This document shows, piece after piece, positions 27,340 to 37,762 of a stretch of 64,000 bases of DNA; the stretch's first letter is position 1, and the number at the start of each line of letters is the position of its first letter. The DNA is from Bacteroidales bacterium (GTDB lineage Bacteria > Bacteroidota > Bacteroidia > Bacteroidales > UBA12077), in NCBI GenBank assembly GCA_028282585.1, contig JANQHR010000117.1:10277-74276 (forward strand), read 5' to 3'. The notes beneath the pieces are model-generated. The model had not been told where the DNA came from, ran no database searches, and was given only the letters and a program-made list of their open reading frames with translations. The position numbers were made by a program, and so were the translations under genes.

Positions 27340-28647
27340 TTATTTGTTTTCAACCATAGTTTCAGGAACTCCTTTTTCAAAAGGATTATTAGGATCATTG
27401 CTCCATTCAAACCAACCACCGTCGAAAACAGATGCTCTAGGCCAGCCCATTAACCATGCATTATAAAACGCTTCACTTCCCCGCCAACCAGTTCCACAAT
27501 AAAATGCATTGTGTTTGTTCGATGTAATACCAACTTCTTCCCAGATTTCTTTTACTTCATGAAACTCTCGAATTGTATGATCTAAATTTCTGTAATTTTC
27601 CATATGATACGCATCAGTTCCGCAATTTCCAAAAACGGCCCCGGGAATTCGTCCTGTTTTTTCAATGTAATTGTACCCACTTACTTCTCCAATATATTCA
27701 GGCCAGCTTCTAACACAAACCAAATTAGCGTCATCCGATTCAATCATCTTTTTAGCTTTTGGTACATCTACAATTATTTCCGGATTTGATGGTATATTTA
27801 CTCCAAAATCTTTGACTGGTTTCTTTTTTTCGTCGATTGTACTTATTTCGTATCCGGCATCTTTCCAGGATTGAAAACCACCATTTAATACACGCACTTC
27901 TTTTACTCCAGCGTAGGTCATAATCATCGTATTTCTGATTGCACCAATGTGACCTGCCGCACTTCCTGGAAATTCATCTGCATTATCAGGCGACATGTAT
28001 TTACCATACATTATAACGGTGGTATCAGATGTTATTCCGTGTTCTTCAAGAGCTTTTTTAAGTTCTTCCGGACTTCGTCGATTCCATGTTTCAGGAGCCT
28101 CCAAAGCTAATGTATCCATATCAATGGCCCCTGGAATATGTCCTGTCAAGTATGCATCACGGTTGCGATAATGAGAGTGTACAATTATAAATTTATTATT
28201 ATCATATTCCGCCGGTTTTTTACCATCTATCAAATCTTTTACCCATTCAGGAGATACCAAATGTTTATACCTTGGTAGAATATCCATTGGATACACTTCG
28301 TTATCACTCCACTCTTCAATGAATTTGTTGTAAATTTTAATATTTGAATAACCCGCTTTTTGAAATACTGTTGCTACTTTTTCTGAATCCTTTTTATTGT
28401 ATGAGTATATTATTAAATCATTTTCAGGTATGATGAGTTTTGATCTAACAATTTCTATCCAGTCAATATAATTGCTCCACTTTAATGGTAAAGACTTAGC
28501 TCCTTTAATATGTCCGCCACGTGATTCATTTTGCATTTTCCAGCCGTTGTAAGCATTTATCGATCGGACATCAATAATTTTGGTATTTTGATCATTTAAT
28601 AGTGAAAATAATTCTTTTGTTGAGATTTCATTAAACTGGTTATTCAT
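27340..28647 (-). CDS. eanB: Three-domain rhodanese-type sulfurtransferase, likely anaerobic ergothioneine synthase EanB
   Basis: Catalytic loop YCGTGWRG, GHIPGA, SGYNYI, FDGGWFEWS; directly upstream of egtD. Confidence 0.82.
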   Translation of the reverse strand: MNNQFNEISTKELFSLLNDQNTKIIDVRSINAYNGWKMQNESRGGHIKGAKSLPLKWSNYIDWIEIVRSKLIIPENDLIIYSYNKKDSEKVATVFQKAGYSNIKIYNKFIEEWSDNEVYPMDILPRYKHLVSPEWVKDLIDGKKPAEYDNNKFIIVHSHYRNRDAYLTGHIPGAIDMDTLALEAPETWNRRSPEELKKALEEHGITSDTTVIMYGKYMSPDNADEFPGSAAGHIGAIRNTMIMTYAGVKEVRVLNGGFQSWKDAGYEISTIDEKKKPVKDFGVNIPSNPEIIVDVPKAKKMIESDDANLVCVRSWPEYIGEVSGYNYIEKTGRIPGAVFGNCGTDAYHMENYRNLDHTIREFHEVKEIWEEVGITSNKHNAFYCGTGWRGSEAFYNAWLMGWPRASVFDGGWFEWSNDPNNPFEKGVPETMVENK

Positions 28648-28702
28648 AAAAATATAGTTAATAGTTTAGTGTATTTAAGTTTTATAGTATAATTGAGAAA
28701 CT

Positions 28703-28768
28703 TACCGCAAAGTTTTGAAGACGCAAAGATGTTGAATTTTCTTTGCGACTTTGTGCCTTAGCGATTAA
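28703..28768. repeat. Palindromic CGCAAAG/CTTTGCG repeat element
   Basis: ACCGCAAAG..GACGCAAAGA-loop-TCTTTGCGACTTTGTGCCTTAGCG; same motif family as 13063-13130. Confidence 0.65.
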
Positions 28769-28824
28769 TATTAATGAATTAAGATACAACTTTAATTGGG
28801 AGAATTCAATTAATTTTGGTTTAA

Positions 28825-29670
28825 TTATTTATTGTATTGTCTGAAAATTTCAGGTATAGTTTTATGTTTTCTACCCACAACTTTTTCATAATCAGATTCC
28901 AGGTCGAATTCATTATTTCTGATTTTTTTATAGATTCCAGCAATAATTGAACCCAAAAACTCACCATTATGTATTTGCTGCCATTTTAAATATTCTTCAG
29001 GCGTTTGCGATTCATATACGAGTTTACTATCAAAATACTTATTGAAATATCCAACCAGTTCAGTTTGGGTAATAGCTTCTCCAACTAAATTATACGTTTG
29101 ATTTTTTAAAGAATCATTTTTTAGAAGTTGAATATATGCTATTGCGAGTTCATCTCTTGATGTGTAAGGGCATTTTCCGTCTGCAGCACAGTTAGCTATT
29201 TTACCTTCTTTAATGTAATTATCAAGATATTCAACGTCCGGTTCAATATACAAGCCATTTCTGCCAACTGCATATTCTAAACCACTGTCTTTAACATCTT
29301 CTTCCGTTTGTCTGTTTGAGTTTACAATCGCATCAAAAGTTGATTCACCCTTTTTTCCGATGATACTAGTGTAAATAAATTTCTTAACTCCTGTTTCTTT
29401 AGCTGCACGAATAACATTTCTATGCTGACCAATTCTATGCGCAGGATCTCCCATACTTGATATGAGTACAACCGCATCAATTCCCTGAAATGCTTCTAAA
29501 AAACCATCTTTTGAATCATAATCGGCTTGAAAAATTTTTATTCCTAAACCTTTTGCCTTTTCCGGTGATCTTGCCGTTCCCACAACATTATTTATACCAA
29601 ACTCTTCAATAGCTCTTCTTGCTATTGAAGCTCCTAACTGACCACTAACTGCCGTTATTGCTACTTTCAT
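28825..29670 (-). CDS. NmrA/QOR2(YtfG)-like NAD(P)H-dependent oxidoreductase
   Basis: AITAVSGQLG Rossmann variant, RIGQHRNVIRAA, GRNGLY, SRDELA. Start taken at ATG 29670. Confidence 0.85.
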   Translation of the reverse strand: MKVAITAVSGQLGASIARRAIEEFGINNVVGTARSPEKAKGLGIKIFQADYDSKDGFLEAFQGIDAVVLISSMGDPAHRIGQHRNVIRAAKETGVKKFIYTSIIGKKGESTFDAIVNSNRQTEEDVKDSGLEYAVGRNGLYIEPDVEYLDNYIKEGKIANCAADGKCPYTSRDELAIAYIQLLKNDSLKNQTYNLVGEAITQTELVGYFNKYFDSKLVYESQTPEEYLKWQQIHNGEFLGSIIAGIYKKIRNNEFDLESDYEKVVGRKHKTIPEIFRQYNK

Positions 29671-30072
29671 TTTAAAATCTTGTTTAAAGATTAACATTTA
29701 TTACAATTTTACCAATTACTTTGTTTTGCTCTATGTATTTCTGTGCTTCAATAACAACATAAATGCTAAACTTGTTTATAATACTCTGATTTTATTTGTT
29801 TAAGTTATTGTGAATGGACTAATCAATATGTTTTTCAGTATTTTTATCTAAATAGCGTTTAGTTTGAAGATTAAATTGAAAAGCTGTAAATTCACATAGC
29901 TAAAAACAGCAAAAATATGGATATTTGTTATTATATAAATAAATGGATTAGGTAATAACAATAAAATCTTTTAAGTAAAATAAGCTTAAAACAATTTTAG
30001 AACTTAATATGTTAAAAATATAGTATTTTGTTTAAGATTTAAGAATATTAGTTAAATGTAAAAGTTATAAAA

Positions 30073-30444
30073 ATGAAAGTAATAATTAAAAACCTTGTAT
30101 TTATCAATTTAGTATTGGTATTATCAATTGTATTGCCACAAAGCGCATATACTCAAAACGATCAAACAGATTTAGACATTACCAAAGTAAAGGAATTAGA
30201 AAATTATAAAGATTCTTATATCAAGGGAAAAGTAATTAAAATTCTTGATGAAGACGAATTTAGGCTGGAAGATGACAGTGGTACTATAAAAGTATATACC
30301 GGATGGAAAAATACCAATATTGTAAAAAAAGACGAAATCGTAATTGTAAAGGGAAAACTTGACCCGGGAATTATCAATGAATTTTATGCCTCTGAAATAA
30401 TAAAGGAAGATGGTAAAAAAATAGAATTGGAAGCTGACGAATAA
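30073..30444 (+). CDS. Secreted OB-fold protein (YgiW/YdeI-like)
   Basis: Signal peptide; IKGKVIKILDEDEFRLEDDSGTIKV pattern. Confidence 0.7.
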   Translation: MKVIIKNLVFINLVLVLSIVLPQSAYTQNDQTDLDITKVKELENYKDSYIKGKVIKILDEDEFRLEDDSGTIKVYTGWKNTNIVKKDEIVIVKGKLDPGIINEFYASEIIKEDGKKIELEADE

Positions 30445-31128
30445 GATGAATTTACGTTTCATCTGTGTATTGGGAAGCTTATTTGACCAAAATAATTTAG
30501 GCTATAAACTAAATGGGAAGTGTTTTAAAATCTGAAGATTAATAGCAAAAAACAACTATACTGAGAGAGTGATTGTTTTGCTTAGCTTAGCTGGATCAAT
30601 ATAGAAATATGAAAGAGCTAAAACAGACAGTCATTCTTTTTATTTACATATATACATCGTATAAATAAATACTGACAATAAGCTTTGGGAGAATAATCAA
30701 GACCAGTAAACTAATAACTAAACACAATCGGAAAGTGCTTTTTGTTGGTAATTTGATTGTAAAATTTATAAATCAGTTCCCACAATAATTCTTTAACTGC
30801 TATTTATTTCATATATAAATGATAATTCAAACTTAAAAGAATTAGAAAGTGGTAACTCGATTTTCATCTCAACCGTAGGTATTTCAGCTTACCCTGAAAT
30901 ACCAAATTCACGTCTGGTATTTTAGTATTTGAAGGTTTTTACGCTTTGGGATTGCTTCTTTTTTACAGGTAAACTATTTGTTATAAACATACTAACTCCA
31001 GTTGGTTTATAAAGCCGCAAACGTAGCAAAACACTTGGTTTTCTAAAAAAATCAAAGAATAAATTATTAGGAGTAACATTGTAAACAATTGAATTGTTAA
31101 TAACTTTAGTTTGTATTTGAGAATATAA

Positions 31129-31163
31129 TGCATATTATTACATTCTGATTGCATATTTATACA
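31129..31163 (+). promoter_or_regulatory. Tandem ARG boxes upstream of argR-carAB
   Basis: TGCATATTATTACA (31129) and TGCATATTTATACA (31150), 21 bp apart, as for 18+3 ARG box pairs. Confidence 0.75.
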
Positions 31164-31170
31164 TTTTTAT

Positions 31171-31644
31171 ATGAGTAAAGAAAAACGACTTGACGCAATC
31201 AGGAAGATAATATCCAATCATAAGATTGGTTCACAAGAAGAGTTGCTTTCCAGACTTACAGATTTAGGATTCGATTTAACTCAAGCAACATTATCACGAG
31301 ATTTAAAACAATTAAAGGTTGGACGTATTCCTTCGGATAATGGGTTTAGCTATATTATTTCGCAAAAATTTATTGATTCATCTGAAAATAGAGAATTCTC
31401 GCCTGTTGCATATGGATTCCTTGCGATAGAATTTTCAGGAAATTTAGCAGTTATTAAAACATTACCTGCATATTCTCATACCATTGCAGATGCTATTGAT
31501 AAATCCGAAATGAATGAAATTCTTGGAACAGTTGCAGGTAATGATACGGTTATTGCAGTTTTAAGAGAAGGTTACAGCTCTGATCAGGTAATAAATGCAA
31601 TTGGTAATTTTTTGCCAGAATTGAAAGGAAAATTAAAGCAATGA
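31171..31644 (+). CDS. argR: Arginine repressor
   Basis: SQEELL, TQATLSRDL, GTVAGNDT. Confidence 0.95.
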   Translation: MSKEKRLDAIRKIISNHKIGSQEELLSRLTDLGFDLTQATLSRDLKQLKVGRIPSDNGFSYIISQKFIDSSENREFSPVAYGFLAIEFSGNLAVIKTLPAYSHTIADAIDKSEMNEILGTVAGNDTVIAVLREGYSSDQVINAIGNFLPELKGKLKQ

Positions 31645-32738
31645 TAAATAAACTATTACAGGAAGATAACAAAAAAATGAAATTACTTTTTGAAGACGGA
31701 ACCGCTATTAGCGGTTCTTTTTTTGGCTATCCGGGATCTGTTGCGGGAGAAGTTGTTTTCAACACTGCTATGACTGGTTATCCCGAGAGTTTATCGGACC
31801 CATCGTATAAAGGTCAGATATTAGTACTAACTTATCCTTTGATTGGAAATTATGGAGTCCCTGAAGAGCTGATTAAAGATAAACTAACCAAATATTTTGA
31901 ATCATCGAGAGTTCAGGTTAGTGGTTTAGTTGTTGCAAGTTATTCTGAGGAATATAACCATTGGAATGCAACAAAAAGTTTAAACCATTGGCTTTACGAA
32001 AATAAAGTGCCTGGTATGTTTGGAGTTGATACTCGAGCTTTAACCAAGTTTATTAGAGAAAAGGGAGCGCTTAAAGGAAAATTGGTTTATGATAGCCAGG
32101 ATATAGAGTTTTTCGACCCTGACAAGGAAAATTTGGTAGATTTAGTAAGTTGCGAAGAAAAACTTGCCTATGGGAATGGTAAATATAAAATTTTGCTGAT
32201 AGATTGTGGCGTAAAAAACAATATAATCAGACATGTTCTGAAAAGAGGTTCTCAGGTTTTAAGAGTCCCATGGAATTATAACTTTTTGGACGAGCAATAC
32301 GATGGAATTTTAATTTCGAATGGTCCGGGAAATCCTGTTCATTGTGAAAAAACAATCGAATACATTTCAACGGCAATGAAAACCGAGAAACCAATTTTTG
32401 GCATATGCCTTGGAAATCAACTAATGGCTTTGGCTTCGGGAGCTAAAACATATAAGCTCAAATACGGGCATAGGAGTCATAATCAACCGGTACTTCTTGC
32501 AAAAACTAATAAAGCATATATTACATCTCAGAATCACGGCTATGCCATTGATCAAAAAACTTTAGATAAAGATTGGGAGCCACTCTTTGTTAATCTAAAT
32601 GATGGTACTAATGAAGGTATAAGGCATCGATCGATGCCTTTTTTTTCGGTTCAATTTCACCCTGAAGCATCGAGTGGACCTACTGATACTGAGTTTTTAT
32701 TTGATGATTTTATCGATTTAGTAAAAAAGTATAAATAA
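31641..32738 (+). CDS. carA: Carbamoyl-phosphate synthase small subunit
   Basis: GEVVFNTAMTGY, SNGPGNP, GICLGNQ, QFHPEA. Confidence 0.97.
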   Translation: MINKLLQEDNKKMKLLFEDGTAISGSFFGYPGSVAGEVVFNTAMTGYPESLSDPSYKGQILVLTYPLIGNYGVPEELIKDKLTKYFESSRVQVSGLVVASYSEEYNHWNATKSLNHWLYENKVPGMFGVDTRALTKFIREKGALKGKLVYDSQDIEFFDPDKENLVDLVSCEEKLAYGNGKYKILLIDCGVKNNIIRHVLKRGSQVLRVPWNYNFLDEQYDGILISNGPGNPVHCEKTIEYISTAMKTEKPIFGICLGNQLMALASGAKTYKLKYGHRSHNQPVLLAKTNKAYITSQNHGYAIDQKTLDKDWEPLFVNLNDGTNEGIRHRSMPFFSVQFHPEASSGPTDTEFLFDDFIDLVKKYK

Positions 32739-32744
32739 TAGAAT

Positions 32745-35700
32745 ATGGAAAAAGATATCGAAAAAGTATTAATACTTGGTTCAGGAGCATTAAAAATTGG
32801 AGAAGCAGGAGAATTCGATTATTCTGGATCTCAGGCTTTAAAAGCATTGAAAGAAGAAGGGGTAAAAACAGTTTTAATTAATCCGAATATAGCTACAGTA
32901 CAGACTTCTGAAGGAATTGCCGATAAAATTTACTTTTATCCGGTTACACCTTCTTATGTTGAAAAAGTTATTAAAAAAGAAAAGCCACAAGGTATATTAC
33001 TGTCTTTTGGAGGGCAAACTGCGCTAAACTGTGGAGTCGAATTGTATAAATCGGGAATACTTGAGAAGTATAATGTTATCGTGTTAGGAACCCCTGTTCA
33101 GGCAATTATGGATACGGAGGATCGTGAAGTATTTGCAAATAAATTAAAAGAAATTGATGTTAAAACGCCTAAAAGTATTGCCGTTAATTCTGTTAATGGA
33201 GCGTTACACGCTGCAGAGGAAATTGGCTTTCCTGTAATTGTGCGTGCTGCATTCACTCTAGGCGGAATGGGAAGTGGATTTTGTTCAAGTAATGAAGAGC
33301 TTGAAAAACTTGCAGGCAATGCATTTTCTTATACAAGCCAAATACTTGTTGAAGAATCAATTAAAGGATGGAAAGAAGTTGAATATGAAGTAGTAAGAGA
33401 CCAGTACGACAATTGTATTACAGTGTGTAACATGGAAAATTTTGATCCGCTTGGAGTTCATACCGGTGAAAGTATAGTAGTTGCACCTTCACAAACTCTG
33501 ACAAATGAAGAATACCATAAGCTAAGGTCATTATCAATAAAAATTATAAGGCATATTGGAATAGTAGGGGAATGCAATGTACAATATGCATTAGATCCTG
33601 ACTCAGAGGATTATCGAGTTATTGAAGTGAATGCTCGTTTATCTCGTTCCAGTGCCTTGGCTTCCAAAGCAACAGGATATCCTTTGGCTTTTATAGCGGC
33701 AAAACTTGCATTAGGATACGGATTGCACGAGCTAAAAAATACCATTACCAAAACAACAACTGCTTGTTTTGAACCCGCTTTAGACTACATAGTTTGCAAA
33801 ATTCCACGATGGGATTTAAGTAAGTTTGTAGGAGTTTCAACTCAAATCGGCAGTAGCATGAAAAGCGTTGGTGAAATAATGTCGATTGGGCGTACTTTTG
33901 AAGAAGCTATCCAGAAAGGGCTAAGAATGATTGGGCAAGGGATGCACGGTTTTGTTGCAAATAAAGAAATTCAAGTCAATAATATTGAGAATGAGCTTAG
34001 TAAACCAACCGATAAAAGAATTTTTGTTATTGCTAAAGCGTTAAAGGAAGGTTATTCTATTGAAAAAATCCATGAATTAACTAAAATTGATAATTGGTTT
34101 CTGTTTAAACTAAAAAAGATTATTGATATTGACAAACAACTTTCTGATTATCAAGATTTAGAAGATGTTTCAAACAATTTTTTACTTGAAACGAAACAAG
34201 CAGGGTTCTCAGATTTTCAAATTGCCCGATTAGTATTTAAGAGTAAGGATAATATAATTGAACAAGATCTTCTAAAAGTAAGAAATCATAGGATTAGAAA
34301 TAATATTACACCGGTTGTAAAACAAATCGACACTTTGGCAGCAGAGTATCCTGCACAAACTAATTATCTCTATATGACCTACAGTGGAGCGAATCATGAT
34401 GTAGAATTTCAAAATGATAAGAAGTCCGTTGTTGTATTAGGTTCAGGAGCCTATAGAATAGGGAGTAGTGTTGAATTTGATTGGTGTAGTGTGAATACTA
34501 TTGATACAATAAAGAAAAATAATTTCAGGTCAATAATGATTAACTATAACCCTGAGACAGTAAGTACGGATTATGATGTATGTGATAGATTGTATTTTGA
34601 TGAACTCACCTTTGAAAGAGTAATGGACATTATAGAACTAGAGAATCCCAAAGGCACAATAGTTTCGGTAGGTGGCCAAATTCCCAATAATTTATCTAAC
34701 CGACTTGATAAACAGGGAGTAAACATTCTTGGGACTTCAGCGGAAAGTATTGATAAAGCTGAAGACAGACATAAATTTTCGAGTATGCTGGACGGCTTAA
34801 AAATTGATCAACCAAGATGGAAGGAGCTTTCAAATATAGAAGATATATTTAGATTTGTTGATGAAGTTGGATTTCCTGTTTTGATAAGGCCATCATATGT
34901 ACTATCGGGTGCAGCTATGAATGTGGTTTCCAATAAAGATGAGCTTGAGCATTTTTTGACATTAGCAGCAAATGTTTCGAAAAAATATCCTGTTGTGGTT
35001 TCAGAGTTTATTCAGGAAGCTAAAGAAGTTGAAATGGACGCAGTTGCTAAAAACGGTGATATCATTGTTTATGCAATATCAGAGCATGTTGAGTTTGCAG
35101 GAGTGCATTCCGGCGATGCTACCATCGTATTTCCCGCACAGAAACTGTATATAGAAACAATTCGTCGTATTAAGAAAATTACTCGGCAAATTGCAAAAGA
35201 GCTTAATATAACCGGGCCTTTTAATATTCAGTTCCTGGCAAAAGATAATGATATTAAAGTTATAGAGTGTAATTTAAGGGCATCACGAAGTTTTCCTTTT
35301 GTTTCTAAGGTTCTCAAATCAAACTTTATAGAACAGGCAACAGAGGCCATGCTAGGTATTGAAATCGAAAAACCACAAAAATCAATATTTGACCTGGATT
35401 ATGTTGGAGTAAAAGCTCCACAATTTTCTTTTTCAAGGTTATTAAAGGCCGATCCTGTTTTAGGAGTTGAAATGGCATCTACAGGAGAAGTTGGATGTAT
35501 TGGGGAGAGTTATTATGAAGCTATTTTAACAGCTATGCTTTCTGTTGGTTACAAGATTCCTAAAAAGAATATTTTAATATCTTCAGGACCACCGCGATCA
35601 AAAGTTGAACTACTAGAAAGCGCAAGGATGTTGCATGAAAAGGGTTATAATCTGTATGCTACAAAAGGAAGTCAGAAATTTCTGGAATTACATGGGATTC

Positions 35701-35963
35701 CTTCAACAATATTATATTGGCCCGATGAAGATAAAAAACCAAACACCCTGGATTTTCTAAAGGCAAAAGAGATAGATTTAGTAATTAATATTCCTAAGAA
35801 CCTTAGCAAAGACGAGTTGTTTAACGATTATTCGATTAGAAGAAGTGCAATTGATTACAATATTCCACTAATTACAAATGCAAGATTGGCAAGCGCGTTT
35901 ATCTATTCAATATGTAAAGTTGATTATAATAAAATTGGAATAAAGAGTTGGGATGAGTATTAA
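32745..35963 (+). CDS. carB: Carbamoyl-phosphate synthase large subunit
   Basis: GEFDYSGSQA, two ATP-grasp halves, EVNARLSRSSAL, C-terminal MGS domain. Confidence 0.98.
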   Translation: MEKDIEKVLILGSGALKIGEAGEFDYSGSQALKALKEEGVKTVLINPNIATVQTSEGIADKIYFYPVTPSYVEKVIKKEKPQGILLSFGGQTALNCGVELYKSGILEKYNVIVLGTPVQAIMDTEDREVFANKLKEIDVKTPKSIAVNSVNGALHAAEEIGFPVIVRAAFTLGGMGSGFCSSNEELEKLAGNAFSYTSQILVEESIKGWKEVEYEVVRDQYDNCITVCNMENFDPLGVHTGESIVVAPSQTLTNEEYHKLRSLSIKIIRHIGIVGECNVQYALDPDSEDYRVIEVNARLSRSSALASKATGYPLAFIAAKLALGYGLHELKNTITKTTTACFEPALDYIVCKIPRWDLSKFVGVSTQIGSSMKSVGEIMSIGRTFEEAIQKGLRMIGQGMHGFVANKEIQVNNIENELSKPTDKRIFVIAKALKEGYSIEKIHELTKIDNWFLFKLKKIIDIDKQLSDYQDLEDVSNNFLLETKQAGFSDFQIARLVFKSKDNIIEQDLLKVRNHRIRNNITPVVKQIDTLAAEYPAQTNYLYMTYSGANHDVEFQNDKKSVVVLGSGAYRIGSSVEFDWCSVNTIDTIKKNNFRSIMINYNPETVSTDYDVCDRLYFDELTFERVMDIIELENPKGTIVSVGGQIPNNLSNRLDKQGVNILGTSAESIDKAEDRHKFSSMLDGLKIDQPRWKELSNIEDIFRFVDEVGFPVLIRPSYVLSGAAMNVVSNKDELEHFLTLAANVSKKYPVVVSEFIQEAKEVEMDAVAKNGDIIVYAISEHVEFAGVHSGDATIVFPAQKLYIETIRRIKKITRQIAKELNITGPFNIQFLAKDNDIKVIECNLRASRSFPFVSKVLKSNFIEQATEAMLGIEIEKPQKSIFDLDYVGVKAPQFSFSRLLKADPVLGVEMASTGEVGCIGESYYEAILTAMLSVGYKIPKKNILISSGPPRSKVELLESARMLHEKGYNLYATKGSQKFLELHGIPSTILYWPDEDKKPNTLDFLKAKEIDLVINIPKNLSKDELFNDYSIRRSAIDYNIPLITNARLASAFIYSICKVDYNKIGIKSWDEY

Positions 35964-36136
35964 AGAGGTTATAAAAAGTTAAATCGTAAATTTTATTTAC
36001 TTCTTGCACAAACCAGAAGCCAGCCTGCCGGGCTAACGAGTGTTAAATAGCTGAAAATCAAAAATCCCTTAAGGAATAGGGTCGTTGTTAATTTTCAAAA
36101 AAATAAAGATTTCTAACTTTTTGAACAACCTCTTTA
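35961..36136. mobile_element. MITE-like element with imperfect terminal inverted repeats
   Basis: Left TAAAGAGGTTATAAAAAGTTA versus reverse complement of right end TAAAGAGGTTGTTCAAAAAGTTA; no coding capacity. Confidence 0.5.
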
Positions 36137-36173
36137 TTTATTATAATAAGTTTTAAAAAATCGCTCCCAACAA

Positions 36174-37046
36174 TTATACTTTCAATTTTAACATATCTCC
36201 CATACCAAAAGCGTTATAAATGCCATCGGTAATTTGTTTTAGCTGGTCGTTATAACCATTAATAGGATCTCCCATACCCATATTATCAACAACCGTTCGT
36301 AATGGTCTTGTTCCTGGAGAAGTTTGGATAAGATTAAGAATTGCATCAGCAACATTTTGTGGTTTTTGTTCTGGGTTACCAGCCAGTGCACCTTCAAAAC
36401 CTTCAAACATAGCTTTGGGCGCATTCATGAAATCTCCATAACTTTCATTTTGTGTTGAATCCGAAGGAGTCATAAGATTTTCCATAAATGTGGTAGGATA
36501 ACCTCCTGGTTCTACAATGCATGAATCAATACCAAATCCGGATAATTCAACTCTGTAGTTCTCTGCCATAGCTTCAACAGCCCATTTCGATGCATTATAT
36601 GGACCATAAAATGGAAGCGAAATTCTTCCAAGTAAGCTTGAAATATAGATTATTAGTCCTGAACCTTTCTTTCGAAGGTATGGCAGCGCTGCTCTATTAA
36701 TTCTTTGTATTCCAAATACATTTATGTCAAATAGTTTTTGAAAATCCTCAGTTGTAAAATGCTCCTGCATTCCAATTACGCCCACTCCGGCATTGTTTAT
36801 GATTACATCTAAACCTCCCAGTGATTCAATCGTATCCTGAATACCTTTATTAACGCTATTATCATTAGTTACGTCAATATCAATAATATGTGCTCCAAGA
36901 GAGCTTAACTCCTTAGCAATTGTTTCGTTTTTACCATTCGTGTTGCGCATAGAAGCAGCAACGTTAAAGTTGTTATCAAGTAAAGTTCGAACAGTCAGAT
37001 TCCCGAAGCCACCACTTGCTCCTGTTATTAATACATTTTTACTCAT
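36174..37046 (-). CDS. Short-chain dehydrogenase/reductase
   Basis: TGASGGFG, NNAG, YNASK. Confidence 0.93.
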   Translation of the reverse strand: MSKNVLITGASGGFGNLTVRTLLDNNFNVAASMRNTNGKNETIAKELSSLGAHIIDIDVTNDNSVNKGIQDTIESLGGLDVIINNAGVGVIGMQEHFTTEDFQKLFDINVFGIQRINRAALPYLRKKGSGLIIYISSLLGRISLPFYGPYNASKWAVEAMAENYRVELSGFGIDSCIVEPGGYPTTFMENLMTPSDSTQNESYGDFMNAPKAMFEGFEGALAGNPEQKPQNVADAILNLIQTSPGTRPLRTVVDNMGMGDPINGYNDQLKQITDGIYNAFGMGDMLKLKV

Positions 37047-37075
37047 AGTTATTAGTTTTTAGTTTATATAAATGA

Positions 37076-37723
37076 TCAGTTTCTTAATAATTTAAAGGCA
37101 TGATTCCATTTATTTTTGAGGAATCCGGGTATACACCACAACATGCACAAGGGTTCAATGGCTCGCGCTGCTTCGGTATTACCCATATCTTCTGCTTCCC
37201 AACCAAATAAATTAAGAATTTCTATAGTCTCTATTTTTGCCTTTTCATTGTTACCACATATAAACATGGTTGGCTTTTGATTCCCAAAATCAGGATTAAC
37301 AAAAAAGTTACTTCCAACACAACTAAATGCTTTTACAAAATTTGCTTTTGGAAATGATTTCTGAAGGTCTTCCATTAATGATTTATCGTATGTAGTAAAA
37401 AACCTGAGTACTCCATTTTCAGGCTCTGAATCAGCGATTGGATTGGTAGCATCAATAATAGTTTTGCCATTTAAGTTATTCTCACCCGCTAATGTTAAAG
37501 AATTTTTTGCTGCTGTTCCTTTTATGGCTAGAATGATTATTTCACCAAATTTGGCTGTATCCTCAAAGGTCCCAATTAAAGCATTTTCTCCAGCCTGGCT
37601 TTTCCATTTATCTAATTTTGATAAAGTTCTGGTACCAACCATAACCTGGTAACCATTTTTAAGAAATCCATTTGCTAATGTTTGTCCAACAATACCAGAA
37701 CCTAGAATTCCAATTTTTTTCAT
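37076..37723 (-). CDS. F420-dependent NADP oxidoreductase family (FNO-like) protein
   Basis: GILGSGIVG, IDATNP, VKAFS, ARAIEP. Confidence 0.85.
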   Translation of the reverse strand: MKKIGILGSGIVGQTLANGFLKNGYQVMVGTRTLSKLDKWKSQAGENALIGTFEDTAKFGEIIILAIKGTAAKNSLTLAGENNLNGKTIIDATNPIADSEPENGVLRFFTTYDKSLMEDLQKSFPKANFVKAFSCVGSNFFVNPDFGNQKPTMFICGNNEKAKIETIEILNLFGWEAEDMGNTEAARAIEPLCMLWCIPGFLKNKWNHAFKLLRN

Positions 37724-37762
37724 TTTGTTGTTGCATTATTACTAATACATAACAAATCGAGC

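Noticed and set aside
30445-31128. Hidden gene or RNA gene in the long gap before argR
   Set aside because: Only short interrupted frames; no tRNA or riboswitch consensus that I can recognise.
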